From: an uncultured Dehalococcoidia bacterium
GTDB lineage: Bacteria > Chloroflexota > Dehalococcoidia > DSTF01 > RBG-16-68-14
Assembly: GCA_964418365.1 (NCBI GenBank)
Contig: CAYQLM010000002.1
Location: forward strand, 40,555 to 97,357
Reading direction: 5' to 3'
DNA: 56,803 nt
Shown here: positions 15,375 through 24,125 of the stretch, one piece after another
How the letters are laid out: every line of letters begins with the position of its first letter
Position numbering within the stretch: position 1 is the first letter of the stretch
Notes under the pieces: generated by a model
What the model was told of the DNA's origin: nothing
What the model saw: the letters and a program-made list of their open reading frames with translations, nothing else
Databases searched by the model: none
Made by a program: the position numbers and the translations under genes

Positions 15375-17063
15375 ATGACGGCGATCTCGCGCGCGCTCGT
15401 GGCGGTCTCCGAGAGCGTCCGCGTCTGGCCGCGCTGGCTCACCGTCTCGATCGTCATCGGCGTGTTCGTCCTCATCTTCGGCCTGCCTACGATCGTCATC
15501 CCGCTCGCCACCGATCAGGTGCTCTTCGCGATCGGCGCGCGCACGGTCATCGAAGGCCAACAGCTCTATCGCGATTTCTGGGACATCAAGCCGCCGCTGA
15601 TCTACCTGCTCTACGCCGTGCCCCTCTCGATCGCCGGCGTGCACATGGAGGCGGTGCGCGTCTTCGATCTGCTGAACACCGCGCTCGCCATGGCGGCCAC
15701 GTATCTCCTCGCCCGACGCTTCTTCGGCGAACGCGCCGGACTGCTCGCCGCGGTCTTCTACGGCTTCACGTACCTCGCCTGGTCGCCGAACGACGCGCTC
15801 GGCGAGACCGAGAGCTTCATGGCCGCGCCGCTCGCGTTCGCCTTCTGGCTCTACCTCCCCGACGATGCCCGCCGCGACGCGCCGCTGCGCGCCGTCGCCG
15901 CCGGCCTGCTGATCGGCATTGCGTTCGCGCTGAAGACGCCGGCGGTGCTCTTCCTGCTCGGCCTGCCCATCGCGGAGCTCGCGCTTCGCCCGCGCGTGCA
16001 GTGGCGCCGCGAAGGCATCGCTGGGCGGCTCGCGCTCGCGGCGCTCGGCTTCCTCGCGGTGCAGGCCGCGCTCGCTGCCTATCTCGCGACCGCGGGAGCA
16101 CTGCACGACTTCATCGACATCCAGCGCCACTACACGCTGCACTACAACGCGTATCGATTCGCGCCCGGCGGCCACTCTCACGAGCGCTTCCTGCTCGACG
16201 CGACGGGCATCTGGCTCAAGGACGCCGCGTTCCTCACCGTTCCCGCCTTCGCGGGGCTGCTCGCTGCGTTCTTGCGCTCGCGACATGCGCGCGGCGTCGC
16301 GCTGCTCGGGCTGCTTGCGCTGCTCGGTGTCGTCAGCATCTGGTGGCAAGGGAAGATGTTCCAGTACCACTGGCTCGTCGTCATCCCGATGCTGGCCGCG
16401 CTCGCCGGCTTCGCGCTCGACGAAGCCATCGCCGTGTTCGCGCGTCTGCCAAGACAGCAGGCGTTTGGCGCGCTCGCGCTCCTTGCGATCGGTCTGCTCG
16501 CGCTCGCCGAACAGCCGCTCACCAACACGTACGACGAGTACCGGACCTTGATCCGCTACGCCGGCGGCTCGTTCACGCGGCGTCAGGTCGAGGCGAACTA
16601 CTATCCGCTGTACGTCAGCAACCACCAGGTCGTCGATTACCTGCGCGCGCACAGCGCCGCCGGCGACCGCGTCTACGTCTGGGGCTTCTGGCCGCAAGTC
16701 GACTTCTGGTTCGGCCACTCCTTCGATCGCTTCGTCTTCAACTCCGGCCTCCGCGCGACGTGGTCGCCGCAGTCCTGGCGCGCTGAGCTCGTCCGCGACC
16801 TGCGCGCGTCCGCCTCAGGCGGACCGCGCTATATCGCGATCGGCCAGGGCGATATGCAGCCGTGGCTCGTCGGCACGTCGCAGACCTCGCAGCAGGCGCT
16901 CGATAACTTCCCGCAGCTCGCCGCGATCCTCGCTGCGGACTACCGCCCCGTGCTCGATGCCGGCGTCATGGTCCTCTACGAACGCCAGCCGGCGGCGGTA
17001 TGGGCGTGGCCCTTGGCGACTACTCTCATGCCCACCCTCTGTCTCGTCCAGATACATGGGTGA
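15375..17063 (+). CDS. Polytopic membrane glycosyltransferase, GT-C fold (ArnT/PMT-like)
   Basis: 562 aa with many TM helices. YRDFWDIKPPLIYLLY motif typical of ArnT/PMT_2-type enzymes. Confidence 0.6.
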   Translation: MTAISRALVAVSESVRVWPRWLTVSIVIGVFVLIFGLPTIVIPLATDQVLFAIGARTVIEGQQLYRDFWDIKPPLIYLLYAVPLSIAGVHMEAVRVFDLLNTALAMAATYLLARRFFGERAGLLAAVFYGFTYLAWSPNDALGETESFMAAPLAFAFWLYLPDDARRDAPLRAVAAGLLIGIAFALKTPAVLFLLGLPIAELALRPRVQWRREGIAGRLALAALGFLAVQAALAAYLATAGALHDFIDIQRHYTLHYNAYRFAPGGHSHERFLLDATGIWLKDAAFLTVPAFAGLLAAFLRSRHARGVALLGLLALLGVVSIWWQGKMFQYHWLVVIPMLAALAGFALDEAIAVFARLPRQQAFGALALLAIGLLALAEQPLTNTYDEYRTLIRYAGGSFTRRQVEANYYPLYVSNHQVVDYLRAHSAAGDRVYVWGFWPQVDFWFGHSFDRFVFNSGLRATWSPQSWRAELVRDLRASASGGPRYIAIGQGDMQPWLVGTSQTSQQALDNFPQLAAILAADYRPVLDAGVMVLYERQPAAVWAWPLATTLMPTLCLVQIHG

Positions 17064-17300
17064 CACCTAAAATAGCGTCACCCCCACCCTCTGTCTCGAT
17101 CACAGCGGAGCGACGGCGGGGCGCGCTCGAGCTGGGCGGCACAGCGTGGTACCTGCGGCGGCGGAAGCGCTAGCGCTCGGAAGTCGGGTCAACCCCCGGA
17201 AAGCCACCGGATCGCAGTCCCTCTGACGCGCGGCGTGGTGGCGTAGCAGCCACTTCTAGGCGGAATTGCCTAGAGGCTCGTTTCTTGTTTCTTGACACCC

Positions 17301-17328
17301 TTGACAACTATACGGCGAAGTGTATAAT
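17301..17328 (+). promoter_or_regulatory. Sigma70-type promoter TTGACA-16-TATAAT
   Basis: TTGACAactatacggcgaagtgTATAATagccatgactGGTGGTC. A second TTGACA lies at 17292. Confidence 0.65.
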
Positions 17329-17466
17329 AGCCATGACTGGTGGTCTAAGTGCTGCCTCTTCCCCCGCTAGTTCAGCGCTGGGCCTTTGCCTTCTGGTTGG
17401 CCGGACAGCGGCTGCCCTTCCTTCTGCGGCAGGGACAGCTTTAGCGAGGATTTAGGGGGGGGACAC

Positions 17467-18558
17467 ATGACTGAGACACGTAAGCACAGTTGGCAATCGT
17501 TCAAGCTACGTTCCTGGCAGTTGGCGGCGCTGGGAGTGGCCGTCCTCATGGCGCTGATGGCGGGCATCGCGAGCGCTGACACGAACACCATCAACTTCGA
17601 GACGTACAGCCTCGGCACTGTTGACGGACAGGACGGTTGGGTCAGCACCGGGTCCGTTGGCGGTGGCTGTGCAATGTACGACGTAGAGGTCGACAGCAGC
17701 TTCGGCTATGGTACGTTTGGTACCAAGAGCCTGCGGATTTCCAATGCCGCAACGAGCGGCTGCTTTACCGACCAGACCTACTCCAAGTCCCTGGTAGACG
17801 AAGCCGGGGAGGCTGCAGCGGTAAACGGCGGCTTCTCGGGTGGGACCAGGCAGTCGCACTTCGAAGCTGCGTGGGACTTCGCCTCGACGGTGCCGGGAGC
17901 CGAGCAGCCGGGCCTGCAGGTCGTGGCCAGCCCGGACCGCGGCGACGGCGCGCGTATGAGCTATATCCGGATGACGGACAAGCCATCCGGTTTGGGAGTC
18001 GACTTCATTGACTACCAGTCGGGCGTCAATGTAGTGGGCTGTGGAGACAATTTCGTCGAGACCAACGCCGTGAGTGGCCTGGACAGGACCGTGCCCCACA
18101 CGATCAAGGTGACCATGGACTTCAAGCCCGGTCCGGGTCCGGCCTACGCGGACGACGTTAAGGTCTACGTTGACGGCGTGCTCAAGATCAACAAGCGCAC
18201 AAGTTGGGAGGACTACTTCCGTGAGTGCCAGGACGGCACGACGCGCACAGTCGACTCCCTCCTCTTCCGTGTCGCCGGCACGAACGCTCCCGCTACTGCG
18301 GGTAACGGCTTTGTGATCGACAACCTGACGCTAACGTCACGTGCGTCGCAGGCGGGCGACGCCAAGCCGACCAACACGCCCACGGCGACGCCCACGCCCC
18401 AGGGGCCCGTGGGCGGCATCTCCCTCGATCCGGGCGTGGGCGGCTCGTCCGGCAGCGACGCCTGGCTGCTCCTTACGGCGGGCCTCGCAGTCATCACCGC
18501 GAGCGCACTTGCCCTCGGTGGTGGTGCGTGGTACGTGCGGAGGCGGCGCGTGCAGTAG
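17467..18558 (+). CDS. Secreted beta-sandwich (LamG/lectin-like?) protein with PT linker and C-terminal VGGISLD-TM-RRRR signal
   Basis: ATG preceded by a G8 tract. Signal LAALGVAVLMALMAGIASA. Tail ..[63 protein letters not shown]. Confidence 0.75.
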   Translation: MTETRKHSWQSFKLRSWQLAALGVAVLMALMAGIASADTNTINFETYSLGTVDGQDGWVSTGSVGGGCAMYDVEVDSSFGYGTFGTKSLRISNAATSGCFTDQTYSKSLVDEAGEAAAVNGGFSGGTRQSHFEAAWDFASTVPGAEQPGLQVVASPDRGDGARMSYIRMTDKPSGLGVDFIDYQSGVNVVGCGDNFVETNAVSGLDRTVPHTIKVTMDFKPGPGPAYADDVKVYVDGVLKINKRTSWEDYFRECQDGTTRTVDSLLFRVAGTNAPATAGNGFVIDNLTLTSRASQAGDAKPTNTPTATPTPQGPVGGISLDPGVGGSSGSDAWLLLTAGLAVITASALALGGGAWYVRRRRVQ

Positions 18559-18597
18559 AGCCTCGCGTCCACGCGGACTAATCGAGATCTGACAACA

Positions 18598-18633
18598 GGG
18601 CTGCGCGCCTACAAGAGGGGGTAGGCGCAGCCC
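18598..18633 (+). terminator. GC-rich hairpin, possible terminator
   Basis: GGGCTGCGCGCCTAC-aagaggg-GTAGGCGCAGCCC. No strong T-run. Confidence 0.4.
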
Positions 18634-18696
18634 TCTGCCATCCGGATGGCTCAACGGAGGTTCTGGCGTTGGCGCACCCACACGCCAGCGCGAGTG

Positions 18697-18705
18697 TGCT
18701 ATACT
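18697..18705 (+). promoter_or_regulatory. Extended -10 TGCTATACT
   Basis: tgcTATACTagccgacgctGGTGGTCC. The -35 is weak. Confidence 0.45.
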
Positions 18706-18774
18706 AGCCGACGCTGGTGGTCCGCCGCCCATCGCCTACGCCCCGCTAGTTCCGTCAGGGGAGGACGACACCTC

Positions 18775-19404
18775 ATGCGATTGTTCGTTCGCGCCGCCGT
18801 GTTGTTGCTCGCGCTTGGAGTGCTCACCATCCTCTCGCCCGGCGCCTCGCGCGCTTCGACCACGACCGTACCCATGGGCGCGAACACTATCTACGGCCCG
18901 TTCTGGTACTGCGACTCCGCCCACAGCGGCGTCGTCTGCACGACGACGATCACCGTTGGCGATTCCGTGACCTGGCAGAACAACACCATCGCCGCCCACA
19001 CTGTCACCGAGTGCGACGGCTACTGCGGCCCGCCGTACCCGCCGCTTCCCATCTGGGACTCCGGCCTCATCTCGGCCAGCGGGTCGTACACGCGGCAGTT
19101 CAACGTGGTCGGTACGTTCAACTACCAGTGCGATGTGCATCCCACCGAAATGAAGGGCCAGATCGTCGTGCTCGCTGTCGGCCCGACGGCGACGCCGTCG
19201 CCCACGTCGCACACACCGCTGCCGCCCACGCCGACGTTCACGCCGGGGCCGGTCGGTGGAGTGTCGATCGATCCGGCGCTGCCGGCTGGCGGCAACGCGA
19301 GCTTGCACCTTGTGATCGAGCTGCTCGCCGGCGCGACCGCCTTCGCAATGACCATCGCGGGCGCCGCCTGGGCGCGCCGGCGCTGGCCCAGCCGGTCGAC
19401 GTAA
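18775..19404 (+). CDS. Secreted cupredoxin (type-1 copper, plastocyanin/amicyanin-like) with PT linker and VGGVSID-TM-RRR signal
   Basis: GGAGG RBS. Signal MRLFVRAAVLLLALGVLTILSPGASRA. Ligand pattern H...C-x2-H-x4-M (AAHTV...YQCDVHPTEMKG). Tail ..TPGPVGGVSIDPALPAGG...AGAAWARRRW. Confidence 0.8.
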   Translation: MRLFVRAAVLLLALGVLTILSPGASRASTTTVPMGANTIYGPFWYCDSAHSGVVCTTTITVGDSVTWQNNTIAAHTVTECDGYCGPPYPPLPIWDSGLISASGSYTRQFNVVGTFNYQCDVHPTEMKGQIVVLAVGPTATPSPTSHTPLPPTPTFTPGPVGGVSIDPALPAGGNASLHLVIELLAGATAFAMTIAGAAWARRRWPSRST

Positions 19405-19405
19405 G

Positions 19406-20224
19406 ATGATCCGCAAGGCAGCGCTGCCGGCCCTCGCCGTCGTCGGGCTGACAGCCGCCGCGCTCGCCATCGTCCTCTTCGTCACCCGCGGCTCATCGAC
19501 CGAGCCGCTCGCGTCGCACACGGCGGCCATCGTCGACCAGCTCGGCTTCACCGCGCCCGCCCCGGCGTTCGTCGCGGAGGCGACGCGGGCGCTGGAGCAG
19601 GCCGGCTACACGGTCGACTACTTCCCGAGCGAGCAGGTCACGGTCGACTTCTATCGCGAGCTGCCCGCGCGCGGCTACGGCCTGGTCATCGTGCGCGCGC
19701 ACTCAGGCTTCGCGGCGAAAGATGCGTCAACACTGGCAGCCGAACTCGCGAGCCGGGAGGGCGATACGTTCCTCTTCTCTTCGGAGCCCTACAGCGAGGA
19801 CAAGTACACGCAGGAGCAGATCGACCAGCGGCTCGGCGTGGCGGCCTATCTTGACCCCACCGGCGTTCCGGGCGACCCCGAGGCGCTCCTGGCGGCGTTC
19901 AACAGTGCGCCGAGGTACTTTGGCATCAAGCCCAGCTTCATCCAGTCCTCCACGCACGGCCGGTTCGAACGCGCCACCGTCATCCTCATGGGGTGCTACG
20001 GGCTCTCCTCCAATGCCTTGGCGAAGGCGTTCGTAAAGAAGGGGGCGCAGGCCGTCGTCGGCTGGGACGACCTGGTCTCAGCGGGTCACACGGACACCAC
20101 GACCGAACGCCTGCTCACACACCTCCTCGCCGACAACCTCCCCGTCGATGCCGCCGTCGCGCAGACCGCGGCGGAGTCCGGCCCCGACCCGACGTATGGC
20201 GGCAAGCTCACGCTATACCGCTGA
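19406..20224 (+). CDS. N-terminally membrane-anchored protein with conserved-looking His/Cys motifs (VIVRAHSG, STHG, VILMGCYG); candidate Cys hydrolase
   Basis: ATG 1 nt after the cupredoxin TAA. TM helix LPALAVVGLTAAALAIVLFV. Alternating beta/alpha-like pattern. Family not recognised with certainty. Confidence 0.6.
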   Translation: MIRKAALPALAVVGLTAAALAIVLFVTRGSSTEPLASHTAAIVDQLGFTAPAPAFVAEATRALEQAGYTVDYFPSEQVTVDFYRELPARGYGLVIVRAHSGFAAKDASTLAAELASREGDTFLFSSEPYSEDKYTQEQIDQRLGVAAYLDPTGVPGDPEALLAAFNSAPRYFGIKPSFIQSSTHGRFERATVILMGCYGLSSNALAKAFVKKGAQAVVGWDDLVSAGHTDTTTERLLTHLLADNLPVDAAVAQTAAESGPDPTYGGKLTLYR

Positions 20225-20311
20225 TCTCGTTGCTTCCACGCCGACGCAAGCGTAGGGGAGCCTTTCAGGGCTCCCGCTGCCACCCGGGCTAGGCCAGACC
20301 TCCGATCGCCA

Positions 20312-20349
20312 TCACCCCTCTCCATTTGGGAGAGGGGACGGGGTGAGGG
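20312..20349. repeat. REP-like hairpin TCACCCCTCTCC-N-GGAGAGGGG..GGGGTGAGGG
   Basis: Same family at 21038-21079, 53362-53388 and 54003-54075. Confidence 0.7.
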
Positions 20350-20415
20350 CATTCCGGCCCCGACCCCACCTACGGCGGCAAGCTGCCTGTGTACCGCTGA
20401 AGGGCTGTCGTGCGC

Positions 20416-20913
20416 TCATGGAGGGAACAGGCTCGCAAGCAAGGCGGCCGCGAGCTCGTTCGAAGGCCGGTCCGTGGTATCCACGCTGAAGTCGAAGTCT
20501 ACGCCTTCGTAGATCCATCGCATCTGCTGCTCAGCCCAACCCCGCAGCCTATCGCTCCGCGCGGCCTCGCGTTCGCGCAGACGCTCCAGCGAGCAGCGCA
20601 CAGCGATCACCTTCGTGCCCGGAACGCCCCGCAAGATCGACAGACAGCGATCGCGCAGGTCGTGTTCGTCGGGCAGCGAGCCGTCGACGATGATGTCGAT
20701 CCCGCCGCGACCGAACGCGGCGATCGCCGCGTGCATCGCGACGACGACTCGCGACCGGAACTCGGGGTCTTGCAAGGCGGGATGGTCTGGCCGTAGCGTC
20801 GGCGCAAAGCGATCGGCCTCGAGGTGCAGAAGCGGCCGCGGAGAGATCGCCTGCAGCGCCGCCGCGAAACTCGTCTTCCCGGACGAGGACGTGCCGCTTA
20901 GCACGATGAGCAT
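20416..20913 (-). CDS. Chloramphenicol phosphotransferase-like (CPT family) P-loop kinase
   Basis: MLIVLSGTSSSGKTS Walker A, ..IIVDGSL.., ..VIAVRCSLERLREREAARSDR.., ..YEGVDFDFSVDTT.. All collinear with Streptomyces CPT as I recall it. Confidence 0.7.
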   Translation of the reverse strand: MLIVLSGTSSSGKTSFAAALQAISPRPLLHLEADRFAPTLRPDHPALQDPEFRSRVVVAMHAAIAAFGRGGIDIIVDGSLPDEHDLRDRCLSILRGVPGTKVIAVRCSLERLREREAARSDRLRGWAEQQMRWIYEGVDFDFSVDTTDRPSNELAAALLASLFPP

Positions 20914-21037
20914 CGCGCTAGCACGATACTGGCTTCGCCCCGCGCCCGCTATCGACTTCGCGGTGGCTCATCCCAGCGACGGCGGCGCGCTCAGCCCTCA
21001 CCGCGACCCTTCGCCAAGCTCAGGGCAGGCTCTGCGA

Positions 21038-21079
21038 TCACCCCTCTCCCGCTCGCGGGAGAGGGGCTGGGGGTGAGGG
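21038..21079. repeat. REP-like hairpin (same family as 20312)
   Basis: tcacccctctcccgctcgcgggagaggggctgggggtgaggg. Confidence 0.7.
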
Positions 21080-21083
21080 CTGA

Positions 21084-21111
21084 TTGACATCGCGCCTACG
21101 TGGCGTACACT
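21084..21111 (+). promoter_or_regulatory. Sigma70-type promoter TTGACA-16-TACACT
   Basis: TTGACAtcgcgcctacgtggcgTACACTgacggcatcgattGGTGGCG. Confidence 0.6.
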
Positions 21112-21160
21112 GACGGCATCGATTGGTGGCGTCCCCGCAGCCGCCACGGCGAGGCTCTCG

Positions 21161-22608
21161 TTGGCAAAGCAGCTTTCTGTGCTCATTCTCATCGCGCTGC
21201 TCGCGGCTGGCGTTGCAGAGGTGGAGCCGGCTCGTGCGAACAGCATGGCAGCCGTGTCCGCCGGCGGCGGCCATACGTGCGCCTTGACTACGGCTGGCGG
21301 CGTAATGTGCTGGGGCTTCAACGCCTACGGTCAATTAGGGAACGGCACAAGCGCCGGACCACAAATTTGTGTCAGCGGGCCCTATTCCTATCCCTGCAGC
21401 ACAGTTCCGGTGAATGTCACGGGCTTGAGTGGCGGAGTGACTTCGGTGTCTGCAGGCTCTCAATCGTGCGCCGTTACTTCCGCGGGCGGGGTGAAGTGCT
21501 GGGGTGGGAATTCGAATACTCCAATGGACGTTACCGGGATCGGCGGTGCAGTCGCTATATCGGCTGGTGGGAACCACATCTGTGTTTTGACTAATGCCGG
21601 TGGAGTGAAGTGCTGGGGTTACAACGCGGACGGGGAAGCTGGAAACGGCACGATTACGAATACGGGTTGCTTATGTGTCCTAGCCCCTGGATGTATTGGG
21701 GTTGACCAGTGGCGTTGTGGCCATCTCAGCAGGAGGCGCCCACACATGCGCCGTCACCACGAGCGGAAGCGTCAAATGCTGGGGTTCGAATATCTTTGGA
21801 CAGTTGGGAACCGGCACGTCGACGATAGGTGGGTGCAGCTGCATTCCTACGCCCGTCGATGTTGTTGGTCTGGCGAGCGGTATAGCGGATGTTTCCGCGG
21901 GACCGGCCCACTCGTGTGTGCTTACGAATACACAAGGCGTAAAGTGCTGGGGTTGGAACGCGTATGGCAATTTGGGTGACGGAAGTTTCAACGGTCGCTT
22001 GGCGCCGGTAGATGTGGTTGGGCGTAGCCGCAGTCTCAGCGGGCGGAGAGGTATCGGGAGTCCTACCGTCGCACACCTGCGCCGTAACGACTGGTGGTCA
22101 GGTGAAGTGTTGGGGCGATGGTGCGGAAGGGCAGCTTGGAAACGGCGCGGCCTCGTCGAGCAACGTGCCGGTGGACGTGCAAGGCTTGACCAGCGGCGTC
22201 AGATCAGTGTCAGCTGGAGGACACCACAGTTGCGCCGTGACTACGGACGACATGACGAAGTGCTGGGGTGCTAATCTCTATGGTCAGTTGGGAGATGCGA
22301 CGAGCAGCGGCCCCGAGATCTGCGGCTCAGGCTTTCCCCCTTGCAGCACAATTCCTGTGGATGTACTCGTGGTTGCTAAGATCACGCCGACACCAACCGC
22401 CACCCCGATCGCGCCGACGGCGACGCCCACTGGTACGCCTCAACCGCCCGTCGGCGGCATCTCTATCGATGGCGCCGCCCTCTCGCCCGACCGCACCGGC
22501 TCCCATCGATCTGCCGCCTTCCCGTTCGCCGCGCTCGCGCTCCTGGGTGTAAGCAGCGCTGTCGGCGCGATCTGGTTCGCGAGAAGACGACTACTTCGCT
22601 CTCGTTGA
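21161..22608 (+). pseudogene. RCC1-repeat secreted protein with PT linker and VGGISID-TM-RRR signal; two +1 frameshifts
   Basis: Three overlapping ORFs (21161.., 21696.., 22012..) in three frames all carry ..SAGGxHTCAxT..G.VKCWG.N..GQLG.. repeats. The shifts map to a C4 run (21684-21687) and a G3 run (22020-22022). Confidence 0.7.
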
Positions 22609-22677
22609 CAGCCATCCCGCCCCATCCGTTAAGCTGATGGCTGACGGCTGAGAGCTGATAGCCACCAAAGGAGCCCC

Positions 22678-23955
<1,278 letters not shown>

Positions 23956-23968
23956 GCATGTGATTGCC

Positions 23969-24010
23969 GTAGGGGCGCACGGCCGTGCGCCCTGTCGCCG
24001 CAGGCGACGC
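23969..24010. repeat. REP-like double hairpin GTAGGGGCGCAC..GTGCGCCC / CGCC-gcag-GCG
   Basis: Related to 44997-45042 and 45872-45917. Confidence 0.6.
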
Positions 24011-24074
24011 CGCTTTTGACTCCGACTCATAGCCCACGTCCGTCGCCGGCTTCGACGGCGTCGTTTGCATAAGA

Positions 24075-24102
24075 AGAGAGGCCCCCAATTGGGGGCCTCT
24101 CT
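24075..24102. terminator. Bidirectional hairpin between convergent glyA and the 750-aa gene
   Basis: AGAGAGGCCCCC-aatt-GGGGGCCTCTCT (12-bp perfect stem). Confidence 0.6.
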
Positions 24103-24125
24103 TGATATTCCTGTGGTTCCGGCGG

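Noticed and set aside
15285-16718. 477-aa minus-strand ORF opposite the GT-C membrane protein gene
   Set aside because: It is Arg/Glu/Asp/Gly-rich and low in complexity, with no motif. It is a typical antisense shadow ORF in high-GC DNA, while the plus-strand gene has a coherent TM pattern.
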